A stretch of 64,000 nt of DNA. Source: Minisyncoccota bacterium. GTDB taxonomy: Bacteria > Patescibacteriota > Minisyncoccia > Phycocordibacterales > XYD1-FULL-46-19. This document shows positions 8,083-16,373 of the stretch, in pieces (the first letter of the stretch is position 1; every line of letters begins with the position of its first letter). The translations under genes and the position numbers were made by a program. The stretch covers positions 502 to 64,501 of the forward strand of contig JBAZRF010000005.1 in assembly GCA_041663165.1 (NCBI GenBank). Direction: 5' to 3'. A model generated the notes under the pieces. That model saw only the letters and a program-made list of their open reading frames with translations, was not told the DNA's origin and did no database searches.

Positions 8083-9771
8083 ATGGTTAGGCGTCTGTTA
8101 AAAATATTTAATAGAGAGTTTGGCGGTCTCCACGAGGCCGCCCTGCTTTTAGCGTTGTCAATGTTTATGTCGCAACTCTTGGCTCTCGCTAGGGATCGGT
8201 TGCTGGCCGGAACTTTTGGCGCTAGTACTACTCTGGATATTTATTATAGCGCCTTTCGCTTGCCGGACTTGCTCTATGCTACCTTAGCCTCTTTTGTCTC
8301 GGTCGCCGTACTCATCCCATTTTTAGTTGAGCGACTAGAGAATGGCGAAGAACAAACGGCTCGCAATTTTCTCTCAGCGGTCTTCAGCCTTTTTATGTTA
8401 GTAATGATTTCTGTCGGCGCCGTAGCTTGGATTTTCATGCCAGAACTTGCCCCATGGCTGGCGCCCGGTTTTGATTCTGGCGCTCAAACTCAAATGATTG
8501 AGATGGCTCGAATTCTTCTACTTTCTCCAATTCTACTCGGATTGTCTAATCTTTTAGGGAGTGTGACCCAAGTCTATCGAAAATTCTTTGTTTATTCTCT
8601 TAGTCCCATTTTCTATAATGTTGGCATCATTGTGGGAATTGTTTTCTTTGTTCCTATTCTGGGGCCACGGGGATTAGTTTGGGGTGTAATCCTGGGAGCT
8701 CTGCTTCATTTGTTTGTTCAGTTGCCGACTCTTTGGTCGATTGGCTTTTGGCCCCGCTGGTCGCCCAAACAATTGATTTCAAATATCCGACCTATTGGCC
8801 GGATGATTATGACCTCTTGGCCGAGGACATTGACTCTCTCAACAAGCCAGTTGGTCATTTTAATTTTTATCGCCCTAGCCTCTTATTTAGGGCGAGGGTC
8901 GATTGCTATTTTTAATTTTGCCTACAATCTCCAATCTGTTCCACTCTCAATCGTTGGTATTAGTTATTCAGTGGCGGCCTTTCCGACTTTATCAAAATAT
9001 TTTGCCCGTGGCCATCTTGATAAATTTATCGGGCAAATTACCTCTGCGACACGGCATATTATTTTTTGGTCCATGCCGGCGACGGTGATGTTTATTGTTT
9101 TAAGGGCCCAAATTATTCGGGTGGTTTTAGGGACGGGACGTTTTGATTGGACCGCGACCAGATTAACGGCCGCTTGTCTGGCCCTATTTGCCATCTCAGT
9201 TCTTGCTCAAAGTCTGATCCTTCTTTTAATTCGCGGTTATTATGCCAGTGGCCAAACGGCCAAACCGCTCTTCATGAATATTTTTTCCTCGATCTTAATG
9301 GTCGGCGGAGTTTTTGCTTTTAGCGCTTGGTGGCAGGCTGGTTCGCCGTTTCGGTTATTTTGGGAAAATATCTTGCGGGTCGGGGATTTACCCAATACCT
9401 CTGTTTTGATTTTACCCCTAGCCTATTCGCTCGGGACGGTTATTAATTGTCTTTTATTGGCAATTTTCTTTGCTTGGGAACATAAGTTTTCGGTTTGGCC
9501 AGTTTTAAAAACTTTTAACCAGGCCCTTTGGTCGGCGGCGGCGGGTGGCGTCGTTGCCTATTATCTTCTTAATGTTTTAAGTTTTTATTTACCTCTGCGC
9601 ACCCTAACGGGTATATTTTTACAGGGCCTGTCGGCTGGTGTTGGCGGCCTGGTCGTTAACCTACTTCTCCTTTGGCTTTTAGGCAGTCAAGAACTAAAAG
9701 AATTAGTCAGAGCAATACGACACAAATTCTGGCAAAGCGAAACTTTAGTTCCCGAGCAATCGGAGCTATAA
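8083..9771 (+). CDS. murJ: Lipid II flippase MurJ (MviN).
   Basis: The N-terminus 'LLALSMFMSQLLALARDRLLAGTFGASTTLDIYYSAFRLPDLLY' is typical of MurJ. The protein is 562 aa and polytopic. Confidence 0.8.
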   Translation: MVRRLLKIFNREFGGLHEAALLLALSMFMSQLLALARDRLLAGTFGASTTLDIYYSAFRLPDLLYATLASFVSVAVLIPFLVERLENGEEQTARNFLSAVFSLFMLVMISVGAVAWIFMPELAPWLAPGFDSGAQTQMIEMARILLLSPILLGLSNLLGSVTQVYRKFFVYSLSPIFYNVGIIVGIVFFVPILGPRGLVWGVILGALLHLFVQLPTLWSIGFWPRWSPKQLISNIRPIGRMIMTSWPRTLTLSTSQLVILIFIALASYLGRGSIAIFNFAYNLQSVPLSIVGISYSVAAFPTLSKYFARGHLDKFIGQITSATRHIIFWSMPATVMFIVLRAQIIRVVLGTGRFDWTATRLTAACLALFAISVLAQSLILLLIRGYYASGQTAKPLFMNIFSSILMVGGVFAFSAWWQAGSPFRLFWENILRVGDLPNTSVLILPLAYSLGTVINCLLLAIFFAWEHKFSVWPVLKTFNQALWSAAAGGVVAYYLLNVLSFYLPLRTLTGIFLQGLSAGVGGLVVNLLLLWLLGSQELKELVRAIRHKFWQSETLVPEQSEL

Positions 9772-9957
9772 TCGGGGGATTAGATTAATAGGTTAATTTT
9801 AACAATATGGAGAAGGGAGATCCGGGTAAACCTAAAGAGGAGGAAGGTCAAGATAAAGAAAAAGACCTTACTCTTAGAAAGTTAGATAAATATGTCAGAG
9901 GCACAGGGAGTTTTATAGAAGCCATAACTAAAGCCCTTCACTTAACTTCCCCAAAAG

Positions 9958-10263
9958 ATGACGCAAACGATTGATGAAAATTTAAAAGCTGAAATCATTG
10001 AAGATTTAGGTCTCAATGATTTGACCTCCTTTGAACAAGAGGCGATTATTAGCGACCTAGAAGAAAAGGTTATTGAACAAGTAAACTCGATTATTCTTGA
10101 TCGTTTAACAAAAGAAGAGAAGGCTGAACTAGAGACTTTGGCCGAAGACGAGGAAGTGGCCAGCTTTTTGCAAAAAACCATTCCTGATCTCGATCACGTT
10201 AAACAAGAGGCCGCCCTCTGGGTGATTAAAAATTGGCGCGAAGAATTCAAACGAGAGAATTAA
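9958..10263 (+). CDS. Small acidic hypothetical protein.
   Basis: An intact 101-aa ORF, glutamate-rich, lies upstream of lepA on the same strand. Confidence 0.35.
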   Translation: MTQTIDENLKAEIIEDLGLNDLTSFEQEAIISDLEEKVIEQVNSIILDRLTKEEKAELETLAEDEEVASFLQKTIPDLDHVKQEAALWVIKNWREEFKREN

Positions 10264-10266
10264 CCT

Positions 10267-12063
10267 TTGTTTTTAATGGATCTAAAACATATCCGGAATT
10301 TTAGCATTATCGCTCATATTGACCACGGTAAAAGCACCTTGGCTGATCGGTTGTTGGAGATTACTGGTACAGTGGCCAAGCGCCAAATGAAAGAACAATA
10401 TCTCGACATGATGGAACTTGAGCGTGAACGGGGGATTACCATCAAGATGCAGCCCGTGCGGATGAACTGGCAGGGCTATGAAATGAATCTAATTGATACA
10501 CCTGGTCATATTGATTTTTCTTACGAAGTTTCGCGAGCGCTGAAAGCGGTTGAGGGGGTGGTGCTTTTGGTTGATGCTACTCAAGGCGTGCAAGCTCAAA
10601 CCTTTACCGTACTAGCCATGGCACGAGAGTTAGGCTTAACAATAATTCCCGTCTTAAATAAAATCGATTTGCCAAACGCGAGGGTTGAAGAATCGCGGGC
10701 CGAAATCGTTAAGCTTCTTGGTTGTGATTCCGGTGAAATTTTGGCCGTATCAGGCAAGACTGGCGAAGGGGCCGAGGCCCTCTTGGCTGAAATAATCAAA
10801 AAAGTGCCTTCTCCTGTTTCTGAATACCCCGGCACTGATAGTTTGCGCTCGCTCGTCTTCGATTTTGAATACTCGGCTCATCGCGGGATTATTGTTTATG
10901 TGCGCGTTTTGGATGGGGTAATTAAAAAGGGCGATCAACTTATTTTTAGCGCTGCTCGCGAAAAATTTATTGCCCAAGAGGTTGGGACTTTCTGTCCGCT
11001 GAAAGAGCCAAAGGATAAATTATTGGCCGGTGAAATTGGTTATATTGTAACTGGTATTAAAGAGCGTGGCCAAGCTCGTGTCGGCGAAACGATCACTAAA
11101 ACCATTCATTCGTTACCGGTTATTGCCGGTTATATGCTACCGCGGCCGGTGGTTTGGGCTTCGGTGTACCCCGAGAGCCAAGATGATTTTGCCCTGCTTA
11201 AACAATCGCTGGAGCGTCTTAATCTCCAGGATGCGGCCTTGTCGTTTGAAGAGGAATACTCGGGTGCTCTGGGCCGAGGTTTTCGCTGTGGTTTTTTGGG
11301 TATGCTTCACCTAGAAATTGTCACCGAGCGCTTGCGTCGTGAATTTAATTTAGAGTTAATTGTCACGACGCCGACAATCAGTTATGAGGTCATTGATAAA
11401 AAAACCGAAAAATCGGAGATCGCTTATTCCCCGCACCTTTTCCCTAAAGATACCAAAGACAAGACAATTAAAGAACCGTGGGTCAAAGTTAAGATTATGA
11501 CCCCGCAAATTTATATGGGGCCAATTATGACCTTGCTTTATGATCATGAGGCAACGATCGTTGGTACTCAAAATTTTGGCGATGATCGCACCGCTTTTGA
11601 TATTGAGATGCCCTTGCGCGAGTTGATGCGTAATTTCTTCGATGAGGTTAAGAGCGTGTCATCTGGCTTTGCTTCTCTCTCCTATGAGATCGGGGAGAAA
11701 AAGGGGGCCGATGTTGTCCGGCTCGATGTCTTGCTGAACGAAGAAATAATGGCGGCTTTCTCGCGGATTGTTCCGCGCCGACGGGCCGAGCGCGAGGCTG
11801 AAGAGATGGCCGACAAACTAAAAGAATTCTTGCCACGCCAGATGATTATCATCAAAATTCAGGTTGAGGGAATGGGCCGAATCATTGCCTCGCGCTCAAT
11901 TTCGGCGCTTAAAAAAGACGTTACCGGCTATCTGTATGGCGGCGACATTACTCGTAAAATGAAGTTGCGCGAAAAGCAAAAAAAGGGCAAAAAGAAAATG
12001 CAGTCATGGGGCAAAGTTAACGTCCCCCATGAAGTTTTTCTCAAAATGATGAAGTCTGGTTAA
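10267..12063 (+). CDS. lepA: Elongation factor 4 (LepA).
   Basis: The sequence 'NFSIIAHIDHGKSTLADRLLEITG ... NLIDTPGHIDFSYEV' is seen. The G-domain motifs and the length of about 595 aa fit LepA. The start could be ATG 10267 or ATG 10276. Confidence 0.9.
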   Translation: MFLMDLKHIRNFSIIAHIDHGKSTLADRLLEITGTVAKRQMKEQYLDMMELERERGITIKMQPVRMNWQGYEMNLIDTPGHIDFSYEVSRALKAVEGVVLLVDATQGVQAQTFTVLAMARELGLTIIPVLNKIDLPNARVEESRAEIVKLLGCDSGEILAVSGKTGEGAEALLAEIIKKVPSPVSEYPGTDSLRSLVFDFEYSAHRGIIVYVRVLDGVIKKGDQLIFSAAREKFIAQEVGTFCPLKEPKDKLLAGEIGYIVTGIKERGQARVGETITKTIHSLPVIAGYMLPRPVVWASVYPESQDDFALLKQSLERLNLQDAALSFEEEYSGALGRGFRCGFLGMLHLEIVTERLRREFNLELIVTTPTISYEVIDKKTEKSEIAYSPHLFPKDTKDKTIKEPWVKVKIMTPQIYMGPIMTLLYDHEATIVGTQNFGDDRTAFDIEMPLRELMRNFFDEVKSVSSGFASLSYEIGEKKGADVVRLDVLLNEEIMAAFSRIVPRRRAEREAEEMADKLKEFLPRQMIIIKIQVEGMGRIIASRSISALKKDVTGYLYGGDITRKMKLREKQKKGKKKMQSWGKVNVPHEVFLKMMKSG

Positions 12064-12217
12064 TTTTACTTATTGCCAAAAAGCGGGCAGATAGAGCAAA
12101 ATCATGCTCACAATCACCAAAACCCCGACAATCGCTGAAATTATCCCAAGATATTTTCTTTGTTTCTTGCCGTAAAACATAATATAATTCAATTGGCATT
12201 ATATTATTTTTGAGGCC

Positions 12218-12571
12218 ATGACACAAGGGAAAAATGAACGAAAAAAAAGATGGGCCGATCGACTGATTTTACTGGGTCTAGTGGTTGTTTTGCTGGTTGT
12301 TACCAAGGCTACCTGGAGTTTATACCGAAAAAATCAAATGGCGATAGAAAACCTCCGTTCTTCGACCGAACGCATGGCCAAATTGACCGAGCGAGAGGCC
12401 ACTTTGCATGACAAACTTGAACGCCTTAAAACGGCTCGCGGAGTAGAAGAAGAAATTCGCAACAATTTCCCAGTGGTTAAAGAAGGGGAGCAAGTAATCA
12501 ATATTGTCGAAGAGGGTTCCGTGCCAACCACTACTGCCACCACCTCTAAATCCTGGTGGCAAATCTGGTAA
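12218..12571 (+). CDS. FtsB/DivIC-like septum-formation initiator (single TM plus coiled coil).
   Basis: The N-terminal TM segment 'LILLGLVVVLLVVT' is followed by a coiled coil, 'IENLRSSTERMAKLTEREATLHDKLERLK'. Confidence 0.4.
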   Translation: MTQGKNERKKRWADRLILLGLVVVLLVVTKATWSLYRKNQMAIENLRSSTERMAKLTEREATLHDKLERLKTARGVEEEIRNNFPVVKEGEQVINIVEEGSVPTTTATTSKSWWQIW

Positions 12572-12579
12572 AAATTAGG

Positions 12580-12650
12580 TGCGGGTAGGGAGAATCGAAC
12601 TCCCGTCCTATGCTTGGGAAGCACATGTTCTGCCACTAAACCATACCCGC
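12580..12650 (-). tRNA. tRNA-Gly (anticodon CCC).
   Basis: The reverse complement 'GCGGGTATGGTTTAGTGGCAGAACATGTGCTTCCCAAGCATAGGACGGGAGTTCGATTCTCCCTACCCGCA' has a 7-bp acceptor stem, the T-arm 'GGGAG TTCGATT CTCCC', and the anticodon loop 'TTCCCAA'. Confidence 0.8.
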
Positions 12651-12700
12651 TTTCGTTTGTCTTATTTTTGTATTATATTAGAAAAACAGTATTTTAAGCA

Positions 12701-12994
12701 ATGACCCAAAATTTTAAGCGTCAAATTGAAGATTTTAAGTGTGAAAATTGCGGCGAGAAGGTTGCCGGCAATGGTTTTACTAACCATTGCCCACGCTGTC
12801 TGTGGAGCAAGCATGTTGATATTACTCCGGGTGATCGGGCCGAAGAGTGCGGTGGCTTGATGGAGCCAATTGGTGTAGAACTAGAAAAAAGCAAATATAT
12901 TATCATTCAAAAATGTTTAAAATGCGGTCGAATCTGGCGTAACGAAGCCTCTTTTAACGATCAAATTAGTGAGTTCTTGACTGGCATGCTATAA
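12701..12994 (+). CDS. RNHCP-domain protein (Zn-ribbon-like).
   Basis: 'FTNHCPRCLWSKH' contains the eponymous RNHCP motif, with additional CxxC pairs at 'CENCGEK' and 'CLKCGRIW'. Confidence 0.55.
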   Translation: MTQNFKRQIEDFKCENCGEKVAGNGFTNHCPRCLWSKHVDITPGDRAEECGGLMEPIGVELEKSKYIIIQKCLKCGRIWRNEASFNDQISEFLTGML

Positions 12995-13001
12995 TATAAG
13001 G

Positions 13002-13244
13002 ATGAAGACTAACAAAAAAGTGCAAATTTACACCTCGCCTACTTGTCATTACTGCCATATGGCTAAAGATTTTTTTGCCAATAACGGCATTAAATATGAG
13101 GAATTTGATGTCATGATCGACGTCAACAAGCGCCAGGAAATGATCGAAATCAGCGGCCAAATGGGCGTGCCAGTGATTGTGGTTGATGATCAGCCAATGG
13201 TCGGCTTCGACGAGGGCCATCTCAAGTCGGTTTTGGGGCTCTAA
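13002..13244 (+). CDS. Glutaredoxin/NrdH-like small redoxin.
   Basis: 'VQIYTSPTCHYCHMAKDFF' carries a CxxC active site. The protein is 80 aa and the line '...GVPVIVVDDQPMVGFDEG' is typical of Grx/NrdH. Confidence 0.7.
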   Translation: MKTNKKVQIYTSPTCHYCHMAKDFFANNGIKYEEFDVMIDVNKRQEMIEISGQMGVPVIVVDDQPMVGFDEGHLKSVLGL

Positions 13245-13340
13245 ACTGGTCCCCTCAGCAGGCCCGCCGACGCTTAAGCTTTGGCGGGTAAAAATCGTAC
13301 CTGTTGCTGGTGCGGTTTTTGTGCTAAATTTTAAAGTGTA

Positions 13341-13412
13341 GCCTCCGTAGTTCAATGGATAGAACGGGCCCGTCCTAAGGGTTTGATGTCAGTTCGATTC
13401 TGGCCGGAGGCA
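13341..13412 (+). tRNA. tRNA-Arg (anticodon CCT).
   Basis: 'GCCTCCGTAGTTCAATGGATAGAACGGGCCCGTCCTAAGGGTTTGATGTCAGTTCGATTCTGGCCGGAGGCA' has acceptor stem gcctccg/cggaggc, T-loop TTCGATT and anticodon loop GTCCTAA. The anticodon stem has two G-U pairs. Confidence 0.7.
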
Positions 13413-13413
13413 C

Positions 13414-14670
13414 ATGGTTAAGGACTTATTTGAGCAAAATATTGACCCCAAGGGTGCGCCGTTGGCCGACCGGCTAAGACCCGAGAAATTGGTTGATTTT
13501 GTCGGCCAAGAGGAGGTGATTAGCGAGGGTAAATTATTGCGCCAGTTGATTGAGAAAGACGAGGTGCCCTCTCTCATCCTCTGGGGGCCGCCAGGATCGG
13601 GCAAGACGACGCTGGCGCGGATAATTGCCAAATTGACCGGGGCCGAGTTTATTGCCTTACCCGCGGTCACTTCGGGTGTGGCCGAACTGCGGACGGTTAT
13701 TAAAGAAGCGCAAGATCGTCGTAAATTTAATCAAAAAAAGACCATTTTATTTATCGATGAAGTTCATCGTTGGAATAAAGCCCAACAGGATGCACTCTTG
13801 CCCCATGTTGAAACTGGCACGGTGGTGTTGATTGGGGCCACGACCGAAAATCCAAGTTTTGAAGTTAATTCGGCGCTCTTGTCGCGCTGTCGAGTTTTTG
13901 TTTTTAACCAGCTCGATGATGTTGCCATTTCGAAAATTCTAAATCGAGCATTGAAAGATAAAGAACGAGGACTTGGCTCTCGCAAAATAAAAATAGATAA
14001 AAAAACTTTAGAATTTTTAGCCAAGGCTTCGGACGGCGATGCGCGCAATGCTTTAAATGCACTCGAACTAGCCACCAAAACGGCAAAATTAGATGCCAAA
14101 AAGAATTTAGTGATAGACAAAAATTTAGTTAAAGAATCGCTGCAAAAATCCCATCTGCTTTATGATAAAAAAGGGGATGAGCATTACAATATAATTTCCG
14201 CGCTTCATAAATCACTAAGAGGAAGCGACGCTGACGCATCTTTGTATTGGCTGGCGCGAATGCTTGAGGGCGGGGAGGATCCGCTCTATGTGGCGCGTCG
14301 ACTGGTGCGTTTTGCGAGCGAAGATGTTGGCTTGGCCAACTCGCAAGCGCTCACTCAAGCGGTCGCCGGCTATCAAGCTTGCCACTTTATTGGTATGCCC
14401 GAATGTAATGTAATTTTGGCGCAAGTGGTGGTTTACTTAGCTAAGTGTAAAAAAAGTAATGAACTTTACGAAGCATATCTTACTGTGCAAAAAGATGTTA
14501 GAGAAACCGTGGACGAGCCGGTCCCCATTCATCTCCGTAACGCGCCCACCAAATTGATGAAAAATCTTGGTTTTGGCAAGGATTATAAATATAGCCCCGC
14601 CTTCAATTACGAAGAAAAACAGGAGTATCTACCGAAGAAATTAAAAGGGAAAAAGTATTTAAAAGACTAA
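13414..14670 (+). CDS. rarA: Recombination factor RarA/MgsA (AAA+ ATPase).
   Basis: 'LADRLRPEKLVDFVGQEEV...LILWGPPGSGKTTLARIIA' shows Walker A, 'ILFIDEVHRWNKAQQDALLPHVE' shows Walker B/sensor, and the C-terminal 'MgsA_C' region is recognisable. Confidence 0.85.
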   Translation: MVKDLFEQNIDPKGAPLADRLRPEKLVDFVGQEEVISEGKLLRQLIEKDEVPSLILWGPPGSGKTTLARIIAKLTGAEFIALPAVTSGVAELRTVIKEAQDRRKFNQKKTILFIDEVHRWNKAQQDALLPHVETGTVVLIGATTENPSFEVNSALLSRCRVFVFNQLDDVAISKILNRALKDKERGLGSRKIKIDKKTLEFLAKASDGDARNALNALELATKTAKLDAKKNLVIDKNLVKESLQKSHLLYDKKGDEHYNIISALHKSLRGSDADASLYWLARMLEGGEDPLYVARRLVRFASEDVGLANSQALTQAVAGYQACHFIGMPECNVILAQVVVYLAKCKKSNELYEAYLTVQKDVRETVDEPVPIHLRNAPTKLMKNLGFGKDYKYSPAFNYEEKQEYLPKKLKGKKYLKD

Positions 14671-14676
14671 GAATTT

Positions 14677-14753
14677 TGGTGCCCAGGGCCGGGCTCGAAC
14701 CGGCGACCCCTTCCTCTTCAGGGAAATGCTCTACCAACTGAGCTACCTGGGCG
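14677..14753 (-). tRNA. tRNA-Phe (anticodon GAA), CCA encoded.
   Basis: The reverse complement 'GCCCAGGTAGCTCAGTTGGTAGAGCATTTCCCTGAAGAGGAAGGGGTCGCCGGTTCGAGCCCGGCCCTGGGCACCA' has a D-arm typical of tRNA-Phe and the anticodon loop CTGAAGA. Confidence 0.7.
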
Positions 14754-14799
14754 TTAAAGGCATTTTAACATAAGAATCGTAAAAATCTAGGGGGGGGTT

Positions 14800-15054
14800 T
14801 TACTGTCCAGGTAGAGTCCGGATGCTCGTCTCGCTAACATTGTTTAGAAGTTCGGTATAAGTACCCCACAGCTTATCTATCATTGGCTGGAGATAGTAAA
14901 GAGCGCCAATTGCCGCGCCGACGACAATGATCCATTTGATCGCGCCAAACCAGCGCGCCCATTTTTGATACCACACCAGCTTGTTTAAAAGCTTGTTATT
15001 TTCTTTATTTACCTCAAGTTCCTCTTTTAGGAGTTTTTTAGCTTCTTCGTCCAT
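14800..15054 (-). CDS. Small hypothetical membrane protein.
   Basis: An 84-aa ORF has a hydrophobic segment, 'WIIVVGAAIGALYYL'. It lies between tRNA-Phe and the hsp20 gene. Confidence 0.3.
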   Translation of the reverse strand: MDEEAKKLLKEELEVNKENNKLLNKLVWYQKWARWFGAIKWIIVVGAAIGALYYLQPMIDKLWGTYTELLNNVSETSIRTLPGQ

Positions 15055-15057
15055 AAG

Positions 15058-15555
15058 CTACAAGCTTCTAACTTTGATTTTTTGCGTACGTTCTTTGTCA
15101 ATTTTGGGCATGCGCAAAGTAAGCAGACCGTTTTTTTCGTAGGCTTCAGACTCTGACGGTTCGACTTCGCAGGGCAATAAAATTTTGCGGGCAAAAGAAC
15201 CCCAATATAATTCTTTCATAAAATAGCCATCACCCTCTACCTCGCTGGCTTTTTGGCGACGACCCTCAAGCGTAACCATTTCGCGGGTGATCGAGACATT
15301 TAGATCTTCAGACCTGACGCCCGCGATCATTGCCTGAACCACGATGTCATTATCGGTTTGATAAACGTCTACCGAGAGTTCGCCAATTTCTTCTACGGTC
15401 GGTTCGGTTTCGTTCAACCATTGGTTATTGCTGCTGACCTTTATTTTGGGCGAGAAGGCTTTCTCGAGCGGTTTTTGAGTTACCTCTTCTTCATCACTTA
15501 CCGAGATGCTACCGGTAATTCTCTCAAAAAACGAACGTTTGTCTTTATTGAACAT
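15058..15555 (-). CDS. Hsp20/alpha-crystallin family small heat-shock protein; the start was trimmed to the internal Met 'MFNKDKRSF'.
   Basis: The alpha-crystallin domain is recognisable in 'LSVDVYQTDNDIVVQAMIAGVRSEDLNVSI...GYFMKELYWGSFARKILLPCEV...GLLTLRMPK'. Confidence 0.7.
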   Translation of the reverse strand: MFNKDKRSFFERITGSISVSDEEEVTQKPLEKAFSPKIKVSSNNQWLNETEPTVEEIGELSVDVYQTDNDIVVQAMIAGVRSEDLNVSITREMVTLEGRRQKASEVEGDGYFMKELYWGSFARKILLPCEVEPSESEAYEKNGLLTLRMPKIDKERTQKIKVRSL

Positions 15556-16351
15556 ATGACTGTTGATTGATTGGTTTAGTAATAGTTCTGGCATAGGCCA
15601 GACGCTTAACAATTTCAAAAAGAAAGATAATGAACATCGCAAACATCCAAAGCACGACGAGAACACGAAAAACTCCGCTTCCCTCGTTAACAATTATAAA
15701 GAAATTAAAGAGGGTATGCAAGGCGGTAGCGGTTAAGAGACCGATAATACCGCTCAAAAATTTAAATCGTCTAGATCGATAAAAGCTAAAACTTAAAAAG
15801 GCGCCCATGGTGGCTGAGGTCACGGTGTGAAGCAGAGTCGCACCCAAAAAACGAAGATTCCCTGTCAGTAGAAATGAACCAAGGGCAAAATTGTCCGTAT
15901 GCAAAACATTTAGTAAAAAGAGAAAATTTTCCACCGCGGCAAAACCGAGTGCTGCCGTGATCATATAAATCATCGCATCGATTGGTTCGTCAAAATTCTT
16001 GTTTTTAAGCGCCGCAACGTAGGCCGCGGCATATTTTACAAATTCTTCAATTAATGCCCAGGCTACTAGCGGCCAACCCGCAGTGATGATTAGCCATAAC
16101 GAGAAATTGTTTTGATACGCGTCAAGAATTTGGTTAATTAGATTGCCACTCGGAGCAACTAGTTTTTCTAGTAAAAAAGCGGCCACGATAAAAAAACCGC
16201 CGACAATAAAGGTTTTCATGATCAGGCGCGTTGGCTCAGGCTTCTTGCGGTCCTCATGAAGCCAAAACCAGAGCCAAAAAATCGTGGGCAAAAAACCGCC
16301 CACTGCGGCAAGCAACAAAAAGAAACTCATTTGGCTAGCGCCAGCAGTCAT
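15545..16351 (-). CDS. PrsW-family intramembrane metalloprotease-like protein.
   Basis: The protein is polytopic and carries the PrsW signature motifs 'IEEFVKY' (EExxK), 'FAAVENFLF' (FxxxE/N) and 'HTVTS...HTLFNFF' (HxxxN). Confidence 0.5.
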   Translation of the reverse strand: MTAGASQMSFFLLLAAVGGFLPTIFWLWFWLHEDRKKPEPTRLIMKTFIVGGFFIVAAFLLEKLVAPSGNLINQILDAYQNNFSLWLIITAGWPLVAWALIEEFVKYAAAYVAALKNKNFDEPIDAMIYMITAALGFAAVENFLFLLNVLHTDNFALGSFLLTGNLRFLGATLLHTVTSATMGAFLSFSFYRSRRFKFLSGIIGLLTATALHTLFNFFIIVNEGSGVFRVLVVLWMFAMFIIFLFEIVKRLAYARTITKPINQQSYVQ

Positions 16352-16373
16352 TCCTTAAATTATAGCACGAACT

